From assembly GCF_964213995.1 (NCBI RefSeq), contig NC_135813.1:12958001-13022000 (forward strand): a DNA stretch of 64,000 nucleotides, given 5' to 3'. The DNA is from Mustelus asterias (Eukaryota). The position numbers and the translations under genes are program-made. The notes beneath the pieces are model-generated. The model saw only the letters and a program-made list of their open reading frames with translations, did no database searches and was not told where the DNA came from. Positions 11,530 through 24,539 of the stretch are shown here, piece after piece; positions within the stretch are counted from its first letter, which is position 1, and the number at the start of each line of letters is the position of its first letter.

Positions 11530-13809
11530 AGATTGTAAAGGAGAGAGGGAAACAGAAAGGTGGAAGGATTTAGGGAGAGTATGGCAGCATGCACATGCCT
11601 GCCAATTGTTGGGCAAAGGGAGGGGCATGTATTAAAGGTCAGTCAGAAGAATGTAGATTTGACTGCAGGGTTGTAGGGCACATGATATCATTGGTAGTCA
11701 TGTCCATTGTATACAGGTCTCCATGGTTACTAGGATTGCCAACTGTGATGAAATGCATTCCTGGAGGTTTCATCACAAGACTTGACCCCACAATCCAGCT
11801 ATTAGTCGGCCAATACATTCATCCTTCTACAACCTAGTTCACCTTCTGCCATCCTGGAAGTCACATGGTATAATATTGGATTTGTTGCTAAACCTAGTAA
11901 TTGGTCCAGGAGGTGTGACACTAGAAATACTCCAATGGCAGAGAGCTTTGGAAACCATAGGTCCAAAGTTCACCAGTTCCTCTCAAGTTTGCCACACTTA
12001 ATACGTGTCACGTCTCAAGTTACTACGATCGCTCTCCCTTGTAAACTTGCTTTAAGCCAATGTAGAGTCTGGGTTTATTCTCCACCATTTACTCAAATAG
12101 ATTTGTTCGCAATTTAACCTGGACTTTTGAGGTGGAGACACAATTAAGTGGTCGTTGAAACTTTTGTTTTAATCAGTTACATTCAAACACAGAGATACAT
12201 AGAAGACCGAGTCTTTTCAGGTCTAATGTAAATTGTCTAATATAATAAAAAGAATGCAAACTGTGCAGAAAGTGCCTGAATGCATTATAACTTTTAAAAG
12301 GGAAATGGATAAATATTTGAAAAGGAAAATAATTAAGCATGGAGAAAGGAAAGTGACATAGGCAGACAGGTCTTTTAGAGAGCAGGCACAGTGAAATAAA
12401 CCGTACAGGCTCCTCCAGAGCTGTTAAAATGCTGTAGTTCCCAGTCCAGGTTAACATTTCAAGCCAGAATCTGTCATCAGCAACCTTCTATCATTTACCT
12501 TCCAGATGCTGACTATGTGGTATTTTCCAGTGGTTATTTTTGGAATGCAAACTGATCATTATTGGCTGGACACTTCAGCTGTTCACTTCTTTCCCAGGTT
12601 TACCTACGAAAGAGTTAATAATTTATGGCACGGAATTAGATTCCATATTGAAAAATATAAATGTAGCATTCAGCGAGAGAAAGAGATGGAGGGGGAGAGA
12701 GGGAGAGAAAGAGGAAAAGACAGAGCGAGAGCTGCCTGCTGGTAAAGGACTTCTTTGCCAGTGTGAAATATTTCGAGACAATAAACCATGCCTCAAGACT
12801 TGCATTTAGCACATATATCCATTTTATTCTTTTCGCTGTATAGTACCTGCTGACAATTCCACAAATGTCAGAAAATTCTCCAGCGGTGAAGACCATTGAT
12901 CGCCATTCTTCTAAAGTTCAGATTTTTAAAAAGCTCCATACAGTAAGTAGTTGGAGTCTCCAGGCAGGGATCGTCTCCCCTCAGGCATCCTCCTACACAA
13001 CGCATCATCTTACAAGGTTGGCTTTGTGCTGAGGGGTGCACATTTTAAAAGTTGATCCTGAAGTTCCACTTGCTAAAGTTTATAGCCTTGAGCTGAACCT
13101 CTTTGCGCAGGGCTACATGCACGGGTTTTACTTTTGACAACAGCAGATCCTGGGAACAAACAACAATTGAGGTCCTACGTCCCAAGATCTGTGTTTTGGG
13201 GAGGTGAGGGGCAGGATTAAATTCATAAAAGTGGGAAAACCCTCCCTCCAATCCAGGGACCCAGTTCCAATTAACCATGGGGAAGGTGAGGGTTGGGAGA
13301 GCAGAGAGACTGTTGAGTAATCTAATCTCGGGGCAGAAAGCAAATGTTAATTGGGCTGCATTTTTCCCAGTCATTTAGATTTAATGGCTGTGAGGCAGGT
13401 TTCCCACAGTTTGAAAAACCTGGCAGCTAAAGAGAGGCAAGGACTGCAAGGTCAAATAGGTAGATGCTTCTCCACAACTTCTTGTGGACTAGGAGGAACC
13501 AAAGTGGTCCCCTTTGCACCCCTTCCCCCAACTAATCCACCTACCTCTCTGCGATTTTTCCCTCTTTAATTCCTCTCTCCAAATCAAGGCTGCAGCTCTT
13601 TTCTGTAGGTCTTCACACCTGATTACTGGTCAGCCTCTTAATCTGGTCACTGGTTGGGTAGGAAAACAGAGGCAAAAATTAAAATGAGGCACTGATGTTA
13701 AATTGAGCTGCACCTTTGTGCGTCCCAGTCAACCCCGCTTCATCCCCAAGCACAATGTCTGATCTTGGCAACAAGATTCAAAGGGGATGTTAGACTGAAA
13801 ACAAATCAA

Positions 13810-14586
13810 TTTTTTCAATTTACTCGTGGGATATGGGCGTCACTGGCTGGGCCAGTATTTATTGCCCATCCCTGAGGGCGTTTAAGAGTCAACCGCATTA
13901 CTGTGGATCTGGAGAAGCAGATTTCCTTCCCTCAAGGACATTAAAGTTTATTTATTAGTCACAAGTGAGGCTTACATTAACAGTGCAACGAAGTCACTGT
14001 GAAATTTCCCTCGTCACCACAGTCTGGCGCCTGTTCGGGTCAATGTACCTAACCAGCACGTCTTTCGGAGTGTGGGAGGAAATCGGAGCACCTGGAGGAA
14101 ACCCACACAGACACAGGGAGAACGTGCAAACTCCACATAGACAATGACCCAAGCTGGGAATCAAACCCGGGTCCCTGGCACTGTGAGGCAGCAGTGCTAA
14201 CCACTGTGCCATCGTGCCACCCCATTTGCTTCTCCAGATCCACAGTAATGTGGTTGACTCTTAATGTGGTTGACTCAGGGATGGGCAATAAATGCTGGCC
14301 CAGCCGGTGACGCCCATATCCCATTTCAATCTAACACCCCCTTCGAGTCTTGTTGCCAAGATCAGACATTGTGCTTGGGGAGGAAGTGGGGTTGACTGGG
14401 ACACACAAAGGTGCAGCCGAACTTAACAGCACGGATGGGTTTTTACAAACATCAAAAATAGTTTCATGGTTTTCATTAGACTCTGAATTTCAGATTTTTA
14501 TTGAATTCAATTTTACCATCTGCCATGGTGGGATTCGAACCCTGGGGCTCTAGACTACTAGTGCAGTGACCATCCCACTGCCTCCT
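13810..14586 (-). mobile_element. SacSINE1-like (Deu-domain) SINE split by an HE1-like insertion and an inverted duplication
   Basis: Tail portion 13810-13942 and head portion ~14430-14586 match the intact copy at 41397-41754. Confidence 0.7.
13943..14222 (-). mobile_element. HE1-like SINE, Rex-like tail, full length
   Basis: Complete head (GGCACGATGGCACAGTGGTTAGCACTGCTGCC on the minus strand) through tail. Confidence 0.9.
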
Positions 14587-14829
14587 CTACAAATATGGCT
14601 CAATTCTTCAGAACTCTATTGGAAGTTACTATGAGACAGCCAAATTCCTGGATATCTTCACAGCTTGAAATAAATATAGCCAATGAGTGAAATGGACACT
14701 TGTAGAAGGAGGCAATTTCAGAGAGGTGACCAAAAGTGGAAGAGTAGAGACAAGAGCCGAGAATTCCATGAGCTTTTACACTAATAGAAAATGTGTTTTG
14801 CTTGTTGATGATCTGGAGAAGTATTTACA

Positions 14830-16010
14830 CCAGAATTTCATGGTCAGCTCACTTGCGTAGCCATTTTTGTGATATCATCAAAATATCTGTGAAACAAGAA
14901 TAATATGCTAGGCGCATACTGCAACCTTTAAGAAGCCAGCAGCTTAGTGAAGGCCAGTTGAAATGTAAGGTGCAGCATTTGGCTAAGTGAATTGACCATC
15001 AGCCAATTGGACTGGATGTGGCACAACTGTTTTTGTGTCATTTTATGGGAATGTTTAACATCAGAAGAAGCTGGCAGGTGCAGCCAAAGGCGGCAGCTGG
15101 GCGTGACAAAGAGTGGCAGACAACAAAAAGCTACAGTTTCACCAGTCTGGCCTGTAAACTCTCCACGATGAAACAAAAAAAGGAAGGGCAGATTGCTGGG
15201 TGATCCCAGCAGATCTGCCAGGAAGATCAGTGGTACTACATGGAGGGAGGCTGCACTAGCGTGAGTGCCAACTTTTTCTCCTTCAAAATTGCAGCATGAT
15301 GGTGTGAAATGTTGAATGATTTGACCAAGTAGCATTAGTCTCAATTTTCTTCCTTGGGTGATGCATGTATCAGCAGTGTTCACCCTCAGGTAGCCATGCA
15401 ACAAGAGCTGACTATCTTCCCTCCAAAGCAAACACTTGCATGCAGAAACTTAAAACACACTTTATAGGATGATACAGCCAGATCTCAAGCTACTCAACAC
15501 TTACTGCTCAAAACCATTTATCACCTTCTATATTCAATGTTGTTGCAGCAGAAGATGGTGCACAATTTCTACAAGACACAAGCTACCAAAGGAGGAATCC
15601 ATAAACTGGAAACACCTCACGCTCTATAAGGCACAGGCCATGTAGCTCATGGATAGGGATTTTGCTCCTGTTGGAAACATGGTACCAATCAGGCCAGTGA
15701 CTGAACACCTACGCTCACACAAAGCACCACACAGACACAAACTTTCAACTACTCCTAAATTCCAAAGGACTCCCTCATTCTTATATTGTACCCTCTTTCC
15801 TGCAAGAGAGTTAAGATGATTACGGGGAGGATGACGAGGAACAAAGATGCAACTTCCTTGTGATCCATGATGATTATGAACAGAGAGATGAAATTGGACT
15901 CGGGACCTAACGCTGATCCATGAGGACACCTTCATCCCTATGTTCCTCTGTCCTATCTTGTCAAACCGACAAATTGCCTCACTGCATTAGAGATCCTCTT
16001 GACTGTCTGC
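14830..16010 (+). mobile_element. Possible ancient Harbinger transposon remnant
   Basis: Decayed motifs (TGGAGGGAGGCTGCACTAGCGTGAGTGCC; acidic-coding tract near 15830-15900) reminiscent of Harbinger Myb-like and DDE ORFs; no intact frame. Confidence 0.25.
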
Positions 16011-18417
16011 AATGATGCAATGACAGAGAGAGCAGTTATCATCTTCAGAGTTGGAGAGAGCACTGTGGGCAGATTACTATGGCTGTAGGTTCTTATATAA
16101 TACAAGGCAGTATTCCACTATTGCCTCTTTAGTGAATTGCACCCTCCTTATGCACCTCTTCACGAAGGTCTTCATATGAGCTGTGCTGCCTATATATTTC
16201 ATGGGGGAACAATTATCTGGTGAAGTCCATTCTCTTCAAATGCTGCTTAAACTTGCCTTAGTTCCAACCTGTGCTGTTACTCCTATTCTCTTCTATGTTA
16301 TTGTCATATAAGGATATGAGCGTCGGGAATGTTAAACAGAATGTCAGAAGCAATTCCAAATTAGCATGTGCAAAATATAATTTAAAAAAAATAAAATTAT
16401 TGCTGCAAATTGCCATTTCAGCTTCTGTCATTTCAACTCCACTTTTGAATCTTGTAATAATCTTTAGTCTCTCAAATGCTTCCTTTCAACCTTTTTCTGA
16501 CTGACCCCAGCAATAATTCTGATTCTTAACCTACTCCAGGTGCATTGTGCACTGAGAATATAAAAGTTGCATACTCAGTATTGTGGTGCCACATGTCCTT
16601 ATCATACAGTATGTATAAATTAGTTCACTCTGATTTAGGAGGTGGTTCATAGTAAAGGTTAGAGAGCAGGAAGGAATTTGGTGGGATTAATTTTGGGGTG
16701 GTAAACTGGCACACTTAGCTTCTATCCCCTCTTGCAACCCCAAAAATTACTCGTCATGATTATACATTGCAAAAATAGCAAAATGTGGAATTTCTAAGCC
16801 TTGTTATCTTCCACCAAAAGAAAGATTTCAAGAACTGATGGAAGCCCATCCACCAACACTGCTGCCAATCACTGTGGATCAATCAACATCCTCATACAGT
16901 CCCTTCACTTTCATTGTATTAAACATTCTAGGGTTGCAATTAAATATATTAGTTTGATCGGAGAGCTATGGCTTGTTTTGTACCTTAGTATATCATATGT
17001 ATTGTCATGGCAAACCTTTTTTTGGAGAGTGGGTGGAGAAAGGGGGTGCCAAAGTTGGAATTTATTGAAAAGTTCAACTTGGGAGTGTATCTTTGGCACC
17101 TTACCCTTATTCCCCAGGCCAATGAATGTCAGCATCCCAACCACAACAATATCCTTTAAGTATGGATTAGGGATTGAATTTTGAACCTTCTAAATCTGCA
17201 TGGTTCAATATGACACCCAGGATACCTAACATCCACCAACATCATTTTTGTCTGCTTAATCAACGGTTAGTGAGAATCAGAGCTTAATGATCTGGGTCTC
17301 AGTAGTGATGTCCTCAGGGTGCCTGGTGGGCAACCACACGCAGCTAATGAGAAATCATCTGAGAAGTTTAATACATAGGAGCACGCAGTAGGAGAGACTG
17401 CTAACACAGTAAGTAGGCCATCTCAAACTTTGTATAAATAGATCAAATAGGAATGTGATTAATTAACAAATGAAACAGCTGAATTGGGAGAAACACATAC
17501 AGGCGACGGTGTGTGATCTCACTTGCACAGCATTTGAAAGTGTCACATTATGTTGTTAGAAGCAGCTTATTTATATTGATTAGTTGCACTGGCTGTGATG
17601 AACTCCTCACATTTATGAAATGAATAAATAAAGAGACTAATCAGCTTATGTTAGACTATTTGTTAACCTTATGGGTTACTTTCCACTAATGAGCCATCAA
17701 TTATAATATTCTCGATGCATCCTTGTATCCAAATATATAACCACAGAGAACAATAATCAGCAGTAAGTCTCATTAGAACACAATACTTCAGCCTGTGGCA
17801 TAGATATCAACCTGCAATGGAGAATACTAATAGCTATAATATCTGAAAAGAGATGCGAGAACAGCAAAAGTACCAATAAAACAGTGTGCTGGGTGAAAAT
17901 TCACCAACAATTTAACTCTGTATCGTGGTTTCAACCAAAGAAAACTGATAGAGGTAAATAAAATCTCAACTCTCTGCTGGCCATGCGGAAAATGCTAGTA
18001 AACAGCCCTAACTCTGCTCCTACTTGATCAACAGCGACACATTTCCCCTTGTCCAGTGTACACTGGCAATCACAACACAGTGAGAGCATAAGGATATAAG
18101 ATATCTGACTTGGGAAACAGAAATTACCACTCTTCTGAGGTTGGGGCTAAGACACATCACTGGCTCAGAGTGGTAGGGAGTTTGAATTTGTGCTAAATTT
18201 GAGTTTGAAATGCTTGACTAATGGAGAAAGGGTTCTATTTCCAGTGTTAACACTCACTCTGATCACCATTGGAAAGTTTTGAACAAAATTACCCAAATCC
18301 TCCCAATCACCACAATTACAATGGGTTTATTAGTTTAGAATGATCGCTAATAGAGCAAGATTATTTGGAATTTCTTTATATCAAGTTGCTGAACACATGA
18401 AACTGCCACAAGTAGTA

Positions 18418-18592
18418 GTTAGAGTCATAGAGTTTACAGCATGGAAACAGGCCCTTCGGCCCAACTTTTCCATGCCGTCCAGTTTTTACCACTAAGCTAC
18501 TCCCAATTGCCCATATTTGGTCCAAATCCCTCGATACCCATTTTACCCACGTAACTGTCTAAACGCTTTTTAAAAGACAATATTGTACCCGC
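18418..18592 (-). mobile_element. CR1 LINE 3' terminal fragment
   Basis: Highly similar to 39531-39708; CR1 tail GGGCCGAAGGGCCTGTTTCCATGCTGTAAACTCTATG on the minus strand. Confidence 0.8.
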
Positions 18593-18594
18593 TG

Positions 18595-18875
18595 GGGCAG
18601 ATCATTCCATTTTTTGAAGAAAACGTAGATAAACATGACAGCTGCATTCCCAAAGACCTTCTGCACAGTGAACGAGCCACTGAGTCACAACCTCTTGGGT
18701 GTCACACTTCTGTGACAAGGATATGTGCAGACAAGATATGAAGATGGAAGATATTAACATCTGGGTGACAGTCACCCACTGCCTCTGGAGGCTGGCTGCT
18801 TGAAGAGGCATTAGAAGAGGAGAGCAGAGATGGAAAGTTTGATTGACCAGGAAGAGGACCAAGAGAAAACAGTGC
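18595..18875 (+). mobile_element. Degenerate RTE-like LINE 3' coding remnant
   Basis: Reads KDMCRQDMKMEDINIW...WRLAA, resembling RTE-clade C-termini. Confidence 0.5.
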
Positions 18876-18881
18876 CCAGTT

Positions 18882-19162
18882 AGAATCCCTACAGTACAGG
18901 AGACTGCCATTTGGCCCATTGAGCCTACACTGGCAACAATCCCACCCAGGCCCTATCCCCGCAGCCTCACTCATTTATGCTGCTAATCCCCCTGACACTA
19001 ATGGGCAATTTACCATGGTCAATCAACCTAACATGCACATCTTTGGACTGTGGGAGGAAACCCACGCAGACACGGGGAGAATGTGCAAACTCCACACAGA
19101 CAGTCACCCAAAGCTGGAATTGAATCTGGGTCCCTGGCGCTGTGAGGCAACAGTACTATGCT
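18882..19162 (-). mobile_element. HE1-like SINE, CR1-type tail
   Basis: Family core and tail visible on the minus strand. Confidence 0.85.
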
Positions 19163-19352
19163 GACCTAATCCTGTACCTTCTCAGTCGAGTGTATTCCTC
19201 TTCAGCAAACGCAGAAGAGATTGCCATGCCAGAGTAGGGCTCCTGAGCCACACCAGGTGATGCTTAAACAGGGTTGACCACCAGGATGCAAACCATTGTC
19301 TTATGACATGACAGGCTGCCAATGGGAAGATAAACACTTAAAATATAGGAGC

Positions 19353-19650
19353 CATAGAATCCCTATAGTGCAGAAGGAGGCCATTCAGTCCATCGAATCT
19401 GAACGGACTCTCTGAAAGAACATCTTACCAAGGCCCACCCCCTACTCTATCCCCATAATCTATGCATTTATCATAGCTAATCCACCTAACCTACACATCT
19501 TTGGACACTAAGGGGCAACTTAGAATGGCCAGTCCACATCTTTGGACTGCGGGAGGAAACTGGAGCATCCGGAGGAGACCCACGCAGACACGGGGAGAAT
19601 GTGCAAACTCCACATATCGAAGGCTGGAATCGAACCCAGGTGCTGTGAGG
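19353..19650 (-). mobile_element. HE1-like SINE, CR1-type tail
   Basis: Family core and tail visible on the minus strand. Confidence 0.85.
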
Positions 19651-20420
19651 CCTAAAGAGGAAAGGGCAACGGGATTCATCTTGAATTGATCTAGCAAAAA
19701 AAAACAAAAGACGGATATGATGGGCTGAATGGTGTTTTCCCATGATGTCAATTTCTACGATTCTTTTATATTAACTCACTCAGCCACCGCTTACACATGG
19801 GCAACGCCCAATCCAGTACCTTAGGGTTTGGAGCTGCAACTGAGGAAAAAAATAAGTCAGCAATTTAAACATCCTACAAACCGCCTCCAAAAACTTTTAA
19901 TTATTTATAGCCATAACACAAAGTTATGAAAATGCAAGTACATGAATGAATTATAGTAATTAGTTTTAAAAATGAACTTGCTCATTTGGATCCACTGTAG
20001 CAATCTTTTCTCAAGATTTCATGTTCAACACCAAAATGCTGAGCCTAATATACTCCATTAGCACCGCAGAGAGCTGATCAGCAAAAGTGCTGTGTACTTG
20101 CTGCCACTTCATTTGCACCTTTATTCTGGTGAAGTTCCAACAACATGTGTTAAGCAAAAGGTCACATCTCATTTTAGGTTACAAAAGCATCAGAAGCAAA
20201 AGGTTTTTAAATCCTTTAAAAGCTCCTTAAAGGAGTTCTTGTTAGGACACGTAGGTTCCAACCTTGCTGCACATGGTGGAGTTCGATTTTAAGACTGCAA
20301 AATAAAATAGATAATCCCAATGTAATGAGCTACATTATGGTTACATCAAAAAATTGGAAGAGAGTCATACTGGGATTCAAGTAAGACTCACTTCGGATAA
20401 ATTCACTTTTTAAAAACATT

Positions 20421-20546
20421 GGCCGGAATTTTAGTGGTACGCCCGCCCCGATTCCGGAGGCAAATGAGGCTCAGAGGACGGTATTCTCGTTGGCCTTGGG
20501 TGGGATCGTACGAACCTCGTGCGGACGTGCTGGTAAAATTCCGCCC
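20421..20546. mobile_element. PIF/Harbinger-type MITE (126 bp)
   Basis: TIRs GGCCGGAATTTTA / revcomp GGGCGGAATTTTA (12 of 13 match); 3-bp TSD ATT; CpG-rich. Confidence 0.8.
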
Positions 20547-21239
20547 ATTATTTCCTTCCTTGGCTCTTGAAGGCAATGATATTCGCTGCTGTGCAGTTTC
20601 ATGAGTACAAGAGTCTTCCCCATATTTCAACCTTGTACCTATTCTTTTTGTGCAACCCAAGAGAGTGATTGTTGGCAGGTCATTTGATCAGTGGAGCCTG
20701 CTCTTTACATTCATGCATTTCACTCTTTCATTAGAAAGCAACTAGGAACAGGAACGCTGACTGATTTTCCCTTTCCTTCACTATGGGCCACTCATTGTGC
20801 TCTGAATCAGATAAATCAACAGAAACAAAAGAAATTAAAGCCAACCTAATGGTTACAAGATAAATTCTGCTCATTAAGTCTTACTGACCAGAGAGATCAC
20901 ATTTTTGACCTCAGTGTGTGCAGAGTCAGTTGATCTTGATCAAAGCAGTAATGGGAAGCTACCATTGATTGTACAGCCTCTAGGGTTAAGGAGGGAGAGA
21001 TTGACTTTGCTTTTAGCTTTTGATCAATTTGGAAACTGAACCTTCTGATCTTATAAATGGCATGCACCGAGGGGCCCTTGGAGGTGTTGGTCTTTCCATG
21101 TATGTGCTACCCACGTCTTGCAAGGCTATAGAGGTTTCAGAGTTGGCTGGTGCTGTCAAAGAAACCTTGGCGAGTTGTTGCATTACATGTTGTAGATAAA
21201 GCCAGTTGTGGAGGAAGTGAATGCTTAAGGCGATGGATA

Positions 21240-23050
21240 CAAGAACACAACACAAGAACTCAAGAAATAGAACTAAGCTGCCATGTTCTTCAAGCCTGCC
21301 CCATCATTCAATACGATCAGCGCTGATCTATGCCGGTCTCAGCTCCTTTCCTTGCCTTTTCACCATAGCCCTCAATTCCCCCATCCAGCAAATATTTATG
21401 CACATCCACTTTAAATACTTCTAATGATCCAGCCTCCAGTACCCCCTGGGCAGAGTATTTCAAAGAATAAATTTCTACGCATCTTTAAGTGACCGGCCTT
21501 TATCTTGTACCTCTGTCCCCTTGTTCGAGACTCTCTCACTAGTGTAAACATCTCACCATCTAGCCTGCAAAGCCCCTTCAGGATCTTATAAACGCCAAGG
21601 AATAAAGAAGCAGATAATTTAGTCTCTCTCGATAAGACAATGTTCTCATCCCAGGAATTAGCCTGATGAATCTTCTTTGGACGGCCTCCAAAATATACTT
21701 TTTAAGTTAAAGGGACCAAAGCTGCGTGCAGTATTCCAGGTGAGGCCTCACCAACACCTTGTACAATTGCAACCAAACCTCCCTTTTTTAAACTCCAACC
21801 CCTTTGCAACAAAGGCCAAAATGCTGTTTGCCTTCTTAACTGTTTGTTGGACCTGCTTGCTAGCCTTTTGTGATTAATGCACTAGAACACTGAGATTCCT
21901 TTGCAATTCACTCACCTGCAATTTCTTTATACTTAGGTAATACCCTGCCTTCTGATTCCTCCAACCACGGTGCATGACCTCACACTTCCCAATATTAAAC
22001 TCCATTTGCCAGGTTTGTGCCCAGTCACCCATTCTATGTGTGTCCCATTGCAGACTCACAATATCCTCATCACAACCTGCCCTTCCACCTATCTTTGTAT
22101 CATTGGGTGGCCTGGGGGTGTGGGGTTGTTGACAGAGCTCCCAGTGTACTGGGAGATTGGGGCACCTGCACAATGGCGCCCCTAGAGCACAGCAGCCGGC
22201 TTCTCAGGCAAGCCGAGACTCCAACCCCCCTTTCTGGTGAGATTTGCACTACGGCTCGCTCCTCTTATGCACAGAGTCCTGTAAATTCCCATTACTTACC
22301 TTGCTGAAAAAACGGGCATGAAAACCTACCAGAATTTTTCACTCAGAATTTTTTGAGAAAATTCCATCCACCTTTAGTTATAAAAATGATTTAGTTTTAG
22401 TAGATCCGTGCTAAGTTTCCTTAATTAATTAAGATTTGTACAAATTACTTACTTTAGTTCCGGATTATCAATTCCAACAGCTTTCCCACGACTATAGTTA
22501 AACTGACTGGTCTGGAGGTGTTGGGCTTATCCTCACGCCTCCTTTTGTACAAAGATACAACTTTTGAAATTCTGCCATCCTCTGGCACTTTTTATCTAAG
22601 GAGGACTGGATAATTGTTGCTAGTGTTTCTGCAATTTCCATCTTTACTTTCCCCAATGATGCCTCTCATTCGGTCCTGTTGACAAATTAACTACAAGTAC
22701 AGCTGACCTTTTCAATACCTCTTCCTTCTCAATTTTTAGCCCATCCAATGTCTCAACTACCCCTGGTTTTATTCTGACCTCTTATTTTTTTTACTTCTGT
22801 CTTAGTAAACTCAGATGAAAAATACTCATTTAATACTTCAGCCATGCCCTCTATCTGCATGTGTAAATCTCCTTTCTGGTCCCTAATCAGTCCTTTATTT
22901 CCTTATACTATTTATAGAAGACTTTTGGATTCCCTTTTACGTTAGTTGTCTTCTCATATTTCCTTTTTCTCCCTGAACTTCTTATAATCTGTCTGATTCT
23001 CACTTGTATTATCAACCTGGCATGAACCCCCATTTTCAGCTTCACCCTGC
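21240..23050 (-). mobile_element. Degenerate CR1 LINE fragments with a GC-rich insertion (~22100-22370)
   Basis: ORF 21874..22173(-) contains DTKIGG...WAQTWQMEFNIGKCEVMH, a CR1 RT motif. Confidence 0.8.
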
Positions 23051-23773
23051 TGATCCTCGTGAAGGAATCTAGATTTTTGCATTTAATTTGTATGTTTTGG
23101 GAGGCAAACCCATCTCAAAACAGAAACTGAACTGGAAATGAAACTAAAAGGGAAGCAGAAAAGATAAACCTTGTAATGAAACTGTATTTAAGGAAATCAG
23201 GAGTAAGCTAAAGGTTGGGAAATTTAAACTGAAACCTTGTTGAAAGATGCAAAAGGACATAGATCAATCCAAGCTGTGCAGTAGCAGTTGAGTCCTCTGG
23301 AACAGAACACACAGCTGAAGAAGACTGCAGAAGAAAAGGACACATCCAGCAGCTGAGAGTGAGCAAAGATTATAGTTGCTGCAGTCATTTCTATTAGTTG
23401 GTGGCTTTTAGAATACATAGCAATATAAAGTTTATTTATTAGTGTCACAAGTAGGCTTACATTAACACTACAATGAAGTTACTGTGAGAATCTCCTAGTC
23501 GCCACACTCTGGCGCCTGTTTGGGTATACTGAGGGAGAATTTAGCAGGCCAATATACCAAACCAGCACTACTTTCGGACTGTGGGAGGAAACCGGAGCAC
23601 CTGAAGGAAATCCACACAGACATGGGGAGAATGTGCAAATTTCACACAGTGACCCAAGCCGGGAATTGAACCTGGGTCTCTGGCACTGTGAGGCGTTGGA
23701 CTGGGGTAAACACAGTAAGAAGTTTAACAACACCAGGTTAAAGTCCAACAGGTTTATTTGGTAGCAAAAGCCA

Positions 23774-23810
23774 CACAAGCTTTCGGAGCTCCAAGCCCCT
23801 TCTTCAGGTG
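23774..23810 (-). ncRNA. Minimal type I hammerhead ribozyme motif
   Basis: CAC-CTGAAGA-AGGGGC-TTGGA-GCTCC-GAAA-GC-TT-GTG on the minus strand. Confidence 0.7.
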
Positions 23811-24392
23811 AGTGGGAATTCTGTTCACAAACAGGGCATATAAAGACACAAACTCAATTTACATGAATAATGGTTGGAATGCGAATACTTACAACTAATC
23901 AAGTCTTTAAGAAACAAAACAACGTGAGTGGAGAGAGCATCAAGACAGGCTAAAAAGATGTGTATTGTCTCCAGACCAGACAGCCAATGAAACTCTGCAG
24001 GTCCAGGCAACTGTGGGGGTTACAAATAGTGTGACATGAACCCAATATCCCGGTTGAGGCCGTCCTCATGTGTGCGGAACTTGGCTATCAGAAACTTGGC
24101 TGAGCAGAAACTGATAGCCAAGTTCCGCACACACGAGGACGGCCTCAACCGGGATTATTGGGTTCATGTCACACTATTTGTAATCCCCACAGTTGCCTGG
24201 ACCTGCAGAGTTTCACTGGCTGTCTTGTCTGGAGACAATACACATCTTTTTCGCCGGTCTTGATGCTCTCTCCACTCACGTTGTTTTGTTTCTTAAGGAC
24301 TTGATTAGTTGTAAGTATTCGCATTCCAACCATTATTCATGTAAATTGAGTTTGTGTCTTTATATGCCCTGTTTGTGAACAGAATTCCCACT

Positions 24393-24429
24393 CACCTGAA
24401 GAAGGGGCTTGGAGCTCCGAAAGCTTGTG
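24393..24429 (+). ncRNA. Minimal type I hammerhead ribozyme motif
   Basis: CAC-CTGAAGA-AGGGGC-TTGGA-GCTCC-GAAA-GC-TT-GTG; CUGANGA and GAAA core, stem II, palindromic stem III. Confidence 0.7.
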
Positions 24430-24539
24430 TGGCTTTTGCTACCAAATAAACCTGTTGGACTTTAACCTGGTGTTGTTAAACTTCTTACTGTGAGGCAGCA
24501 GTGCTAACCATTGGTATTTCCACTGGTATAATGGTACTT

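Larger units (their letters stand above)
23695..24490. mobile_element. Penelope-like retroelement, 5'-truncated fold-back copy
   Basis: Inverted arms 23711-24091 and 24111-24492; encodes a GIY-YIG C-terminus-like peptide AEQKLIAKFRTHEDGLNRD; TSD ACTGTGAGGC. Confidence 0.9.
23428..24511 (-). mobile_element. HE1-like SINE (Rex-like tail) interrupted by a Penelope element
   Basis: SINE 23428-23694 resumes at ~24491 (TGAGGCAGCAGTGCTAACCA). Confidence 0.85.

Noticed and set aside
12844-12942. Plus-strand 99-nt open segment bounded by AG/GT
   Set aside because: Unrecognisable peptide and no partner exons.
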